Part shown: piece after piece, positions 50,738 to 60,370 of the stretch
How positions within the stretch are numbered: the first letter of the stretch is position 1
Layout of the letters: each line of letters opens with the position of its first letter
Source of the DNA: Pyrinomonadaceae bacterium
GTDB lineage: Bacteria; Acidobacteriota; Blastocatellia; Pyrinomonadales; Pyrinomonadaceae
Length of the DNA stretch: 64,000 nucleotides
Assembly (NCBI GenBank): GCA_963817025.1
Contig: CAWFML010000001.1
Span: 285,332 to 349,331 of the forward strand
Direction: 5' to 3'
Notes under the pieces: model-generated
Databases searched by the model: none
What the model was told of the DNA's origin: nothing
What the model saw: only the letters and a program-made list of their open reading frames with translations
Position numbers and translations under genes: made by a program

Positions 50738-51484
50738 TTGGCGGGATTCCTCATGAAAGATAAGCTCCAAAAAGCGATCCGAAATAACAACCGTCTCTAT
50801 GAGGCGATCTTCAGCAGTCACGGGATAAAATCTCACTTCACAGATGCTCTATGGTATTGCACGGCAGAGACTCCGCCGCTTTATTCCAACCTCGTCACTC
50901 TTTCCGCAGACTGGAAGCCTGAAGACATTTTCCGCAGCATTGATCTCAAATACGAGCAGGAAAGATGGAGCAAGTGGTCAATCAAAGATAGCTTTGGCGT
51001 GTTGGATTTGAGCCGCTATGGATTAACAAAACTTTTCGATGCGCGCTGGCTCTATCTTGAGCCGGATAATTTTAAACCAACAGCCGAAGGCCCGAAACTG
51101 CGTTATGAGATTCTGAAGACAGAAGCGGCTTTGTCCCTGTGGCGGCGCGCATGGGACGCGGAAGAGCAGCTCGGAAAAGAAATCTTCGATGCAAAATTAC
51201 TGGCTGACGAAAGCGTTTATTTCGTCGCCGGATACAGCGGAGATAAAATCTTGTGCGGGTGCTTCATCAACCGGACGGATGATGTTTTAGGCGTCTCAAA
51301 TTTCTTCTCGCCCGTCGAAGACATTGGCTACTGGTCTGAGATGATAGCTTTTATCTACGGCTCAATCGAACGCTCGGACATAGTGGGCTATGAGCGAATC
51401 GGGTTGGCGGACAAGCTTCGCGCGTCAGGGTTTGAGTCAATCGGAAATCTGGCCGTGTGGCTAAAGAAAAGAGAGCCGCTTTAA
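50738..51484 (+). CDS. hypothetical protein (possible acyl-CoA N-acyltransferase-like fold; unverified)
   Basis: 248-aa ORF whose stop directly abuts the host palindrome of MITE copy B. Confidence 0.4.
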   Translation: MAGFLMKDKLQKAIRNNNRLYEAIFSSHGIKSHFTDALWYCTAETPPLYSNLVTLSADWKPEDIFRSIDLKYEQERWSKWSIKDSFGVLDLSRYGLTKLFDARWLYLEPDNFKPTAEGPKLRYEILKTEAALSLWRRAWDAEEQLGKEIFDAKLLADESVYFVAGYSGDKILCGCFINRTDDVLGVSNFFSPVEDIGYWSEMIAFIYGSIERSDIVGYERIGLADKLRASGFESIGNLAVWLKKREPL

Positions 51485-51511
51485 CCACAAAGGCACAAAG
51501 GCACTAAGAAA

Positions 51512-51789
51512 CGTGAGTTCGATATAAGCAGAAGAGGATGCTGCATGACAGCCCCGGAGGGGCGACATAGCTTAGCCCGGCACGTCAGTGCCGGGACAAG
51601 ACGCCCTACAAGGACGAAGCCCCGGAGGGGCAACATATTATGCCGCCCCTCCGGGGCTTCGACTTTTGATGTGGCTGCTGTGTCCACGGCTGAAGCCGTG
51701 GGCTAATCTATGTCGCCCCTCCGGGGCTATCTAACATCTCGCCCCTCCGGGGCTAACTGACACCTCACCGTTCTTACGTCGTACTCACG
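51512..51789. mobile_element. MITE-like element, copy B (278 bp, inverted relative to copy A), nested inside a GCACAAAG-family palindrome
   Basis: Terminal inverted repeats cgtgagttcga...tcgtactcacg. Flanking duplication ctaagaaa / ttaagaaa. The interior has GCCCCGGAGGGGCG units. The host palindrome arms ttaaccacaaaggcacaaaggcactaagaaa (51481-51511) and ttcttagtgtctttgtgcctttgtggttaa (51809-51838) are split by the insertion. Confidence 0.8.
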
Positions 51790-51898
51790 TTAAGAAAATG
51801 ATTCCTCTTTCTTAGTGTCTTTGTGCCTTTGTGGTTAATCTGTCTTTATTCTTATCCGCGCCTATCCGCGTTCATCCGTGGCTGATTCGTCTCTTTTC

Positions 51899-54763
51899 TC
51901 ACGGCACAAAAGCAGCCGGGGCGGGTTTGTCTCCCGCCATGCCGAAGTTGACCGCGCGAAATAGCCCGTCTGACGATTGCTGTATGTACCATGTACCGTC
52001 GCGGAAGACGGAGATGTCAGCGCGACCATCGCCGTCATAATCGGCTGGCGTCGGAGTGTCGGAAGCGATGCCGAAATTCAGGGCCGTAAAGCCCTGCGTC
52101 GAGCGATTCAAATACCAGTCGCCGTTTCGATAAACAGCCATGTCTGCGCGCCCGTCACCATCGTAATCCGAAACCACAGGTCTATCTGTCGAAAGACCGA
52201 AGCTGATGGCTAGAAGCTGGTTGTTAGAGCTTTGCAGGACATACCAGCCTCCATTTGACGGGCGGAAGATGGCCGCATCCGTCTTGCCGTCGCCATCGTA
52301 ATCCGCCGCCACGGGCTTGTCGCCAAGAGCGCCCCACTCAATCGCGCGGAAATCAACTCCGGGCTGCGACGACGGGCGATAGAAAAAGTAGCTCTGCGGA
52401 TTGCCAGCAGTTCCGGCACGAAAGACAGCGACATCGGCGCGGCTATCGCCATCGAAATCGCCTGAGACTGGCACGTCGCCCGCCGCGCCGAATTGTTCAA
52501 AGCGATACGAGTTGGCAGCGCTTTGCCAGATATGGAAATAAGCTCTGTCGGGCGTGGTCTCGCGCCAGACGGCCATGTCCGTTCTGCCGTCGCCGTCGTA
52601 ATCTGCGGGCGCGATTTTGTCTCCATTCGTGCCGAACGGGGAGTAAGTGAACTGGCCGTCGCCGCTGTTCAAGCGATACCAGTAGCCGTCCGCCGGACGC
52701 CAGACAGCGACATCGGATTTGGTGTCGCCGTCAAAATCAAAAGCGGTCACGCGCGCTACGCGCAAAGGCTGCCATTTCGGCAAAGTATCCGATGGGTCTG
52801 CCGTCAGGCGCAAGCGTCCAGTGCCCTCCGCATTGACCGTGTAAATCCCTTTCAAAGACTGGACTACGAGACAGCAAGTGAGCACGACCTTCCTGCCGTC
52901 CGGCGAAAAAGAAGGATTGCCGTCACCGCCATTGGGCAACGTCATGCGATTCGAGCCGTCCGCGTTCATCACCCAGTTTGTCTGAGTCGTCACGTCCTGA
53001 CCGTAGACAAAGACAATCTTGCTGCCATCCGGCGAGTAAGACGCACGGCCATAGAATTGGGGGGTGTTGGTCAACAGCGTCTCGTTCGTCCCGTCTGCGT
53101 TCATGGTTCGGAGCGAGAAACCCGAACGATTCGCGGTAAAGAGGATTTTACTTCCATCCGGATGATATGACGGGAAATAATCTGTTCCAGCGACATTGGT
53201 TAATCTGGTCTGGTTCATCCCGTCTGCATCCATCCGGTAAATCTCGTAGTTGCCATCGCGGAAGCTACTAAAGACAATCTTGCTGCCGTCCGGCGAATAA
53301 GCAGGCACGCCGTCATCAGCCGTGTTATTGGTCAAACGAAGAGGACTGCTGCCGTCTGCATTCATCCGGTAAATCTCGTTGTTGCCATCGCGTGCACTGA
53401 CGAAGACGATTTTGCTGCCGTCCGGCGAGTAAGCAGGCGCGGTATCAAGCCCCGGATTGTTGCTCAGGTTGATCTGGTTCGAGCCGTCCGCGTTCATCGA
53501 ATAGATTTCCGAATTCCGCTCAAAAGCAATCCTGCCGTTGCGGGAGCAGTTTGTCCCGATACAGGTCTCGGTGGCCGTAAAGTCTACGAGCTGATTCGCG
53601 CTCAGGTTATTAAAAGCGCGGCTGGCCGGGGCGAAAAGGTTGTACGCCAAAAAAGGATGCACAGTATAGTTGCCGCCTGCCGGGACGTTATCAAAGCGAT
53701 AACTGCCGAAAGAATCTGTGACGGTCGTCGTCGTCCCGGAAGGGCCGATTAAGCTGACAGTCACGCTGCTCACGCCCGCGCCGACGCGCGTGACGCGCCC
53801 GTGAATCACAAAAGTATCGGGCGCTTGAGGCACTGGCTGCCACGCGGGTGAGTTGACTACGTTGCCTGTAGAGCCGGGCACGTCTTCGATGATTCGGCGC
53901 TGATTCGCGCCATTAACATCCATTACATACAGGCCGTTATCGATCCCGCTTTTCCGGGCGAAAGCGATTTTCGTCCCGTCACTGGACCAGGCAGGCTCTA
54001 TATCGACCGTGCCATGCGAAAGATTCGTTTCGTTTGACCCGTCAAGGTTGATGACATGAATGCTCCCATTCTTGGCGAAAACAATCTTCGAGCCATCTGG
54101 CGACCATGCGGGATTGCTGTCTGTCTGAGCATTATTGGTGACGGGCAGTTGATTCATCCCGTTCGCGTCAATGACGTAGATTCTCCCGCCGCTCGTGAAA
54201 GCGAGTTTCGTGCCGTCCGGCGACCATGCGGGAGCAGTGGGCGTCGGTTGAGTGATGCCCGCGAACTGCATCTGGTTCGAGCCGTCCTCGTTCATCACCC
54301 AAATCTGGTCAGAACGCTGATAAGCGATTTTGCCCGTCACAGACCACGACGGATTGGAGCCGGGTCCCAGCATAACGCCGCCCGTCCCGTTTGCGTTGAT
54401 AGAATGGATAACGTCGAAAGTGACAAAAGCAATCTTGCTGCCGTCCGGCGACCATGCCGGTTCTCTCGGAAAATAAGGCGGAAACTCCGTCACACACGTC
54501 CGACCTGAGCCGTCCGCGTTACTGGTGCACAGGGTAGCGCGCGGGCCGCTAAAAGTAGAAATCGTTACGGCATAGGCCAGTCTGCCGAGCGTGTCGGGCT
54601 GGGCCGCAGAATCGGCAAGAGCCTGTTTGTCTGCGCGCAAGCCGGGATGCATTTCGGCTGGTTTGGTAAGCAGCAGAAATCCGGCGCAACCGAGCAGCAT
54701 TAACCCGACGACCAACAACAGGCGGCGCGCGTGGGAGGCAGTTCTAGCGGGATTTTTTTTCAT
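51899..54763 (-). CDS. large secreted beta-propeller protein: tandem TolB-like PD40 repeats plus C-terminal FG-GAP/VCBS repeats
   Basis: 954 aa with a signal peptide. It has more than 10 PD40-like repeats (PAWSPDGSKIAF, PAYSPDGSKIVF, PSYHPDGSKILF...). The C-terminal ~280 aa has FG-GAP repeats (FDFDGDTKSDVAVWR, ADYDGDGRTDMAVWR, ...). Confidence 0.75.
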   Translation of the reverse strand: MKKNPARTASHARRLLLVVGLMLLGCAGFLLLTKPAEMHPGLRADKQALADSAAQPDTLGRLAYAVTISTFSGPRATLCTSNADGSGRTCVTEFPPYFPREPAWSPDGSKIAFVTFDVIHSINANGTGGVMLGPGSNPSWSVTGKIAYQRSDQIWVMNEDGSNQMQFAGITQPTPTAPAWSPDGTKLAFTSGGRIYVIDANGMNQLPVTNNAQTDSNPAWSPDGSKIVFAKNGSIHVINLDGSNETNLSHGTVDIEPAWSSDGTKIAFARKSGIDNGLYVMDVNGANQRRIIEDVPGSTGNVVNSPAWQPVPQAPDTFVIHGRVTRVGAGVSSVTVSLIGPSGTTTTVTDSFGSYRFDNVPAGGNYTVHPFLAYNLFAPASRAFNNLSANQLVDFTATETCIGTNCSRNGRIAFERNSEIYSMNADGSNQINLSNNPGLDTAPAYSPDGSKIVFVSARDGNNEIYRMNADGSSPLRLTNNTADDGVPAYSPDGSKIVFSSFRDGNYEIYRMDADGMNQTRLTNVAGTDYFPSYHPDGSKILFTANRSGFSLRTMNADGTNETLLTNTPQFYGRASYSPDGSKIVFVYGQDVTTQTNWVMNADGSNRMTLPNGGDGNPSFSPDGRKVVLTCCLVVQSLKGIYTVNAEGTGRLRLTADPSDTLPKWQPLRVARVTAFDFDGDTKSDVAVWRPADGYWYRLNSGDGQFTYSPFGTNGDKIAPADYDGDGRTDMAVWRETTPDRAYFHIWQSAANSYRFEQFGAAGDVPVSGDFDGDSRADVAVFRAGTAGNPQSYFFYRPSSQPGVDFRAIEWGALGDKPVAADYDGDGKTDAAIFRPSNGGWYVLQSSNNQLLAISFGLSTDRPVVSDYDGDGRADMAVYRNGDWYLNRSTQGFTALNFGIASDTPTPADYDGDGRADISVFRDGTWYIQQSSDGLFRAVNFGMAGDKPAPAAFVP

Positions 54764-55106
54764 AATTCTATTTTCCTATATTGGCGGCGAGGTTTTATCT
54801 CTTTCACATTTTCCGAAATTGAATTCATAAATACCCGTTAATGATTACAAAGACCGTATTATATTAGGAATATTTCAAGCTGATGCAGCATTCCGGGCAT
54901 TGACGAGATTGGTTCTAACAGTTGGGGCGACTCTGGAAATCAGTTCCGGCTGGCATCATTTGGCGAGAAGCGCGGATTTGTAATCTTCAAGAAGCTTTCT
55001 TAGGCCAGAAACATAGCCACCTTACACGTGATTGCGGTAAATCTTTCAATCTGAGGGAAATTCAGGTAGTGGGTCAGTTTCAGATGACAAGCCCGGAAAC
55101 CAAAAG

Positions 55107-55209
55107 CATGTTCGCGCAAGGGCGCTGGTGGCGCAAAGAAAGCACGCCAAGAGCGAGTGTCATTCAACACCTTTGCGGTCTTTCTTTGCGCCACCAGCGC
55201 CTTTGCGCG
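55107..55209. repeat. palindromic repeat, GCGCAAAG family (copy f, inverted relative to copy d)
   Basis: gcgctggtggcgcaaagaaagcacgccaagagcgagtgtcattcaacacctttgcggtctttctttgcgccaccagcgcctttgcg. Confidence 0.85.
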
Positions 55210-55379
55210 AATATGCTTTTCTTCGCTATTTGTGAAGCAGACTCACTACTCCCTGAAAAAGGGACTAGCCGGGATGAAGCGCTTCGTTATATAATGCTTT
55301 TGCCTGCGAGATTTTCTCTCTCGCTTAGCAATTGCCCATCTAAATATTTTTCCTCCTCAAGCTTGCAATCTCGAACATC

Positions 55380-57410
55380 TTGAAATATTCAACGACATCA
55401 TTCAAAACATTTGTGTTCTCGTTCCTGCTCTCGGTCTTGGCCGCGCTCTCGATTTGTGCGCTGTGGGAGGCGGGGCTGCTGGCTTCTATGCAGAAAGCCT
55501 TTCTGCTCAGGCATCCGGAGATCACGGCTGAAATAGTTGCGCCGCAGCTATGGATTGCGCTGCTGCTGATTTTTACGGCGGGCATCTTCGCGGGCCTCGC
55601 GGTGGAGCGCATGGGCGCAAGGCGCGCGTTGCCCTTTATCTCAGGCGCGCTGATAGCCGGTTGCGCGGCGAGCTTTCTCAGCTCCTACTTTTTGCAGGTA
55701 GATGTGGTCTTTGCGCCCGCCGCGCTCTCCACGCTGGCCGCTGCCGCTCTGGTGCAGACAGCGCGCCTCTGGCACGTTGATGTGATGCTGACGCGCAACA
55801 TGCGACAGGTGGCCGCGCAGACTCACGCGCTCGAAGGCGGAGCAGCCCACGCGCGGCTGATGAGCGGCCTACGGCTGCTGGACACAGTCCTCCCTCTGGA
55901 CGAGGCCGTGATTTTTCATCCGGACGAGAATAACCATCTCGCCCCGGCTGCTCGCTTGCGCGCCACTGCCGGAGAGAAGCCGGAAAGCAATCCGAACTCT
56001 GCATGGCGCGAGGGCGTGGAATTGTGCGAGCGCGCGGTCAAGACCGGCAAGATGATGATGATGATGGCCGAGACAGGAGACGGCCCTGCGAGCATCGCTC
56101 TGCCTTTGAGGCATGAAGGTCGTGCTGTCGGAGCTTTGCTGGTACGTCTCTATGAGGGATTTGACGAGAGCGACCGTCCGCTGCTGGCTGCGGTCAGCGC
56201 GCAGATGGCCCGGAATTTTCAGCGCGACGAAGCGCGCAATCAGATTCTCAAAAAAGATTTGTGGGACTACGTCTCCGTCCACGCGGCAGAGCGGCGGCTG
56301 GCCTCTTTCGGCGTCGTCAGCGGTTTGATGACGGAGCAGAGATTCGGCGCGCAGGCTCTGGCCGAAACCTCTGACGGCCATGCGGTCGCATATCTTGACG
56401 GCACGCTGGCGCACATCAACCCGGAGATGCTCAAGGCCGCGCGGCTGACGGAAGATTTGGCGCGCAAGCTGGACATCTTCGGCCTCTTAGACCTTTTTCG
56501 CACGGGCGTCTTTGACGAGCCTTCCATAGCCGTCCGGCGCGTCCTGCAAACAGGCGACCCCTACGAGCGCGAGCTGCATTACGTCGAGCGCAATCAGACG
56601 CTTGAGCTGCGGATAGCCCTCATCACAGAGGGCACGCGCGCCGCCGGAGAGAATGAAGAAAGCGCGGCGCAACCGCTCTGCCTGTCCGTCACCGTGCGCG
56701 ATGTGACGCGCATGAAGGAGTATGAAAAATTGAAGAGCGACATGATCTCGCTGATGTCGCACGAACTCAGAACTCCGATTACGAGCATCAACGGCTTTGC
56801 GGAATTGCTGGCGATGGACGAAAGCATTCCCGAAGAATCGCGCGAGTTTCTGACCATCATCTCCAATGAATCGCAACGCCTCTCGCGGATGATTAATACC
56901 TTCCTCGCCGTCACGCAGCTCGAAGCCGCAGACAAACAGGAGGTCTTGAAAATCCCGCTCAAGATGGACGATGTGGTGCGCGAAACTCTCGCCAGCCTGC
57001 TGCCCGTCGCCAAGAAAAAACGCATCCGTCTGATAGAACAACCGGCCTCGCGCATGCCGCCTGTGGCCGCAGACAAGAGCCTCATCACACAGGTCGTCGC
57101 CAATCTCGTCGGCAACGCCATCAAGTACAGCCCTGAGCGCACGACCGTCACGGTCTCGACAGTGCTCGAAGCAGATGCCGTGCGCGTGCAGGTGGAAGAC
57201 AAGGGTTACGGCATCCCGCCCGAATCAATTGATAAAGTATGGGAGAAATTTTATCGCGTGGCGCGCGACGGGCAGGAGAAGGATGAAGAGTCAACCGGAC
57301 TCGGACTCGCCTTCGTGCGCGAAGTCGTAGAGCAGCACGGCGGCGAGGTCGAAGTTGAATCCGAAGTCGGGCGCGGCTCGACCTTCAGCTTCACGCTGCC
57401 CAGACTCTAA
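55380..57410 (+). CDS. sensor histidine kinase (polytopic N-terminal domain, central GAF-like region, HisKA, HATPase_c), orphan
   Basis: H-box SHELRTPITS, N-box VVANLVGNAIKYS, G-boxes DKGYGI and GLGLAFV. The start codon is uncertain. Confidence 0.85.
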   Translation: MKYSTTSFKTFVFSFLLSVLAALSICALWEAGLLASMQKAFLLRHPEITAEIVAPQLWIALLLIFTAGIFAGLAVERMGARRALPFISGALIAGCAASFLSSYFLQVDVVFAPAALSTLAAAALVQTARLWHVDVMLTRNMRQVAAQTHALEGGAAHARLMSGLRLLDTVLPLDEAVIFHPDENNHLAPAARLRATAGEKPESNPNSAWREGVELCERAVKTGKMMMMMAETGDGPASIALPLRHEGRAVGALLVRLYEGFDESDRPLLAAVSAQMARNFQRDEARNQILKKDLWDYVSVHAAERRLASFGVVSGLMTEQRFGAQALAETSDGHAVAYLDGTLAHINPEMLKAARLTEDLARKLDIFGLLDLFRTGVFDEPSIAVRRVLQTGDPYERELHYVERNQTLELRIALITEGTRAAGENEESAAQPLCLSVTVRDVTRMKEYEKLKSDMISLMSHELRTPITSINGFAELLAMDESIPEESREFLTIISNESQRLSRMINTFLAVTQLEAADKQEVLKIPLKMDDVVRETLASLLPVAKKKRIRLIEQPASRMPPVAADKSLITQVVANLVGNAIKYSPERTTVTVSTVLEADAVRVQVEDKGYGIPPESIDKVWEKFYRVARDGQEKDEESTGLGLAFVREVVEQHGGEVEVESEVGRGSTFSFTLPRL

Positions 57411-57411
57411 A

Positions 57412-57505
57412 GAAGGCAAAAGTAAAAAGGTAAAAGGCAAAAGTCAGAAAGGCATTCAAGCCCTCTTCACTTTTGCCTTTTACCTTTTTACTTTTGCCTT
57501 TTATT
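57412..57505. repeat. palindromic repeat, GGCAAAAG/GTAAAAG family (copy f); overlaps the 3' end of the SET-domain gene
   Basis: aaggcaaaagtaaaaaggtaaaaggcaaaagtcagaaaggcattcaagccctcttcacttttgccttttacctttttacttttgcc. The right arm encodes the last four codons and the stop (K-R-Q-K-TAA) of the minus-strand SET-domain gene. Confidence 0.85.
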
Positions 57506-57904
57506 AATCGTGCCGCGACATTTCTGTGCGCCGCAGGTGCAACGCTTATCGTCGTCATGAAGGGTTGCAATGTAGTCCACTGTAATTTCTTCGCCGGGGT
57601 GTATGTCGCGTAGGGCGAAGAAGATCAGGTGGCCGCTCGTGCTCATCAGGAAGGCGTTGGGCTGGCAGGAGTGATTGATGTAATGCGTGCCGTTGCCGCC
57701 GCGCGAGCCGTCAAGGCTCCAGTTTTCGTCAATCGCGCAGATGCGCAATTTGCGCCGCCCGGCACGCCGCTGCACCTCTTCTTCGTTGATTCTCTCTCCG
57801 GTGTATTCTGCGATTTTCTTGCGGTAAGGAAAATGAATTGTGGCAAAACAGCCCTTGCCGTTAATCTGCGATTTTTCGATTGCCAGTCCAGGCGCGAGCT
57901 TCAT
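57488..57904 (-). CDS. SET-domain protein-lysine N-methyltransferase-like protein
   Basis: GKGCFAT...YINHSCQPNA (the NHSCxPN SET motif) ...EEITVDY... and a Cys-rich post-SET region RCTCGAQKCRG. Confidence 0.8.
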   Translation of the reverse strand: MKLAPGLAIEKSQINGKGCFATIHFPYRKKIAEYTGERINEEEVQRRAGRRKLRICAIDENWSLDGSRGGNGTHYINHSCQPNAFLMSTSGHLIFFALRDIHPGEEITVDYIATLHDDDKRCTCGAQKCRGTINKRQK

Positions 57905-57975
57905 AGGAGAGTTTGGAGAGTTTAGAGAGTTTGGAGAGTTCTGATTTTAGCTCTCCAAACTCTTTAACTCTAATC
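57905..57975. repeat. tandem 9-mer repeat (GGAGAGTTT x4) followed by an inverted half-site, forming a hairpin
   Basis: ggagagtttggagagtttagagagtttggagagttctgattttagctctccaaactcttt. Confidence 0.7.
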
Positions 57976-58494
57976 TTATTTGAGGGCAAAGCTGCGCGCA
58001 ATCAAGTCCGTCTGATTGCGTATCCGTGCAAGCTGGTCGCGGAGGCCGGTGAAATGCAGGACGTAAATCGTGCGTTTGTCCGCCTGTAGGTAATAGACGC
58101 GCCCGATCATAGGCTTGCCCGATTGTGTAAATTCGTAAGAGACGGTGACGCCCTCCAGGCGTCCGGGGAATCTGTCCTCTTTGCCGTCAACATAGCCGGG
58201 GCGAAAGCGTAGCTTCTCTTCCTTATCGCGGCTCGCAAGGTCTGAAGGAGTCACGCCCGCCTCAACCATCTCTTTGCGAACCTGCAAGTAGCCGTCGAGG
58301 CGGTCGCCATAGACGAACTCCGCCTGCTGGTGCATCCCGTCGGGCCGCGAGATGTTGCGCCATGTCTCAGACGGAAGCTCAAGCGTGTAATCAACCTTAT
58401 CATCGCTGAAAGTCTTCGACTGCGCTGCCGCCACCGACGATAAAGCGAGCGCGAAGAGGAGAGCGATAGCAAGAGAGGCTGTCAAGCGTCGCAT
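57976..58494 (-). CDS. secreted hypothetical protein
   Basis: Signal peptide MRRLTASLAIALLFALALSSVAAAQ. No known motif. Confidence 0.5.
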   Translation of the reverse strand: MRRLTASLAIALLFALALSSVAAAQSKTFSDDKVDYTLELPSETWRNISRPDGMHQQAEFVYGDRLDGYLQVRKEMVEAGVTPSDLASRDKEEKLRFRPGYVDGKEDRFPGRLEGVTVSYEFTQSGKPMIGRVYYLQADKRTIYVLHFTGLRDQLARIRNQTDLIARSFALK

Positions 58495-58628
58495 TTCTTA
58501 AAACAACTCCTTTGAGGTTTGGGGCCAAGAGATAACGTTTGCGTGTCTCCGCTGAAAGTCAAAATAATTAAAGGACGAATTGAATCAAACTCGCATATTT
58601 TGATGCCTGTCTCGCGCGGCGTCGTTGC

Positions 58629-58743
58629 CAGGAGCAAGGATGAAGGATGAAGGATGAAGGATGAAAAGCATGCTATTCAACCTTGAGTTGCTCATCTTCA
58701 ATAGCGCTCTGTTCATCCTTCCGCCTTCATCCTTGCTTTTCCA
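58629..58743. repeat. palindromic repeat, GGATGAAGG family (copy 2); overlaps the rph stop codon
   Basis: ggagcaaggatgaaggatgaaggatgaaggatgaaaagcatgc ... ctgttcatccttccgccttcatccttgcttttcc. On the minus strand its right arm reads ...GAA AAG CAA GGA TGA, giving the rph C-terminus E-K-Q-G-stop. Confidence 0.8.
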
Positions 58744-59461
58744 GCACGCTGCGTTGAATATCAACCAGTTGCTCGATGCCCACGCGCGCCAGCTCAAGCA
58801 GGTTATCCATCTCCGCGCGTGTGAACGGCTCGCGCTCGGCTGTGCCCTGCACCTCTATGAAGCGGCCATCGCCCGCGCAGATGACGTTCATGTCAACCTC
58901 TGCGCGCGAGTCCTCGACATAATTCAAGTCAAGCAGCGGCATCCGATCCAGCAGGCCGACGCTGATGGCTGCGACTTCGCTTCTGAGCGGCAGGCGATTG
59001 ATTTTTCGCAGCCGCATCAAGTGTTGACAGGCCAGCGCAAAGGCGACGTAAGCTCCTGTGATGGAAGCCGTGCGCGTGCCGCCGTCCGCCTGCAAGACAT
59101 CGCAGTCGAGCGTAATCGTGCGCTCGCCGATCAGAGACATGTCTGTCACAGCGCGCAGGGAACGGCCAATCAATCTTTGAATCTCATGCGTGCGCCCGGA
59201 AGGGCCGCCGCGTCCTGTCTCGCGCGGCGTGCGCTGCAAGGTGGCGCGCGGGAGCATGGCGTATTCCGCAGTCACCCAGCCCTGCCCGCGACCGCGCAGG
59301 AAAGGCGGCACGCGCTCTTCGATAGAGGCCGTGCAGATGACGCGCGTCTGGCCCACTTCGATCAGCGCAGAGCCTTCGGCATGCGGCTGGTATCCGGGCG
59401 TGATGCTTACCGGGCGCAGCTCGTCCGCGCGGCGTCCGTCACTTCGCACAAAGCTCATCAT
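58727..59461 (-). CDS. rph: ribonuclease PH
   Basis: [48 protein letters not shown]...[25 protein letters not shown]; highly conserved RNase PH. Confidence 0.95.
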   Translation of the reverse strand: MMSFVRSDGRRADELRPVSITPGYQPHAEGSALIEVGQTRVICTASIEERVPPFLRGRGQGWVTAEYAMLPRATLQRTPRETGRGGPSGRTHEIQRLIGRSLRAVTDMSLIGERTITLDCDVLQADGGTRTASITGAYVAFALACQHLMRLRKINRLPLRSEVAAISVGLLDRMPLLDLNYVEDSRAEVDMNVICAGDGRFIEVQGTAEREPFTRAEMDNLLELARVGIEQLVDIQRSVLEKQG

Positions 59462-60296
59462 GCCCCCAGACTTCGACGGCCTCTAAAACAGAAGGCACGC
59501 TCCCCAAGAATCTTTCCGCGACGCGCGCGAAACGCGCCGCCGCATCGGTAACATAAAAGTGGTCCAAGTCGTCGCACAACTCTCTTTCTCTCGCGCTCTC
59601 TTCAGCGCCCGCGCCGCAGGCTAATCCTTTCGACTCCAACAGCGCAGCCACATCCAGCGCAGCCGCTTCGCCGGAATCTATCAGGCGCACGCTCTGGCCC
59701 ATCGTCTCCTCAATCACGCCGCGCAGGATCGGGTAATGCGTGCAGCCCAAGACCAGCGTGTCCACTTCCGCGCGCTTGATGTCTTTCAGATACTTGGCGG
59801 CAATCGAGCGCGCCTCATCCGAATCGGCCCAGCCCTCTTCCGCCAGAGAGACGAAGAGCGGGCAAGGCTCTTCGATGACTTTCGCGGCGGGAGCGAGCCG
59901 CGCAATCGCTTTGCTGTAAGCTCCGCTCTGAACGGTCGCCTCGGTGGCGATGACGCCGATACGCAGACTTTGCGAAGCGGCGACTGCCTCGCGCGCTCCC
60001 GGCTCTATCACGCCGACGACATCCATACCGACGCTCTTGCGAATCGCGGGCAGGGCCAGCGCAGATGCTGTGTTACAGGCGACGACCAGCAGCTTGATGC
60101 CGTGCGCGTCCAGAAAGCGAGAGTTTTCGACAGCATACCTCTCAACCGTCGCTAAGGATTTCGTCCCGTAAGGGATGCGCGCCGTGTCTCCCAGATAAAC
60201 GAAGTGCTCGTCGGGCAGGGCCGCATGCAGCGCGCGATAGACGGTCAGGCCGCCGACGCCGCTGTCAAAGATTCCGATGGGAAGGTTTTGCTTCAA
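59439..60296 (-). CDS. murI: glutamate racemase
   Basis: [38 protein letters not shown]...VVACNTAS...GCTHYP; MurI signatures. Confidence 0.95.
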   Translation of the reverse strand: MKQNLPIGIFDSGVGGLTVYRALHAALPDEHFVYLGDTARIPYGTKSLATVERYAVENSRFLDAHGIKLLVVACNTASALALPAIRKSVGMDVVGVIEPGAREAVAASQSLRIGVIATEATVQSGAYSKAIARLAPAAKVIEEPCPLFVSLAEEGWADSDEARSIAAKYLKDIKRAEVDTLVLGCTHYPILRGVIEETMGQSVRLIDSGEAAALDVAALLESKGLACGAGAEESARERELCDDLDHFYVTDAAARFARVAERFLGSVPSVLEAVEVWGHDELCAK

Positions 60297-60370
60297 GATA
60301 TTTTTTTAGTATGAGAGCGATGCTATCCAAACCATGTCTCGCGCGAGTATCGCAAGAAATCACGCGTGTG

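Noticed and set aside
54922-55383. ORF 54922-55383 (153 aa)
   Set aside because: It spans the GCGCAAAG repeat copy f and a promoter-like A/T-rich region upstream of the histidine kinase. It has no motif and is low-complexity, so it is probably non-coding.
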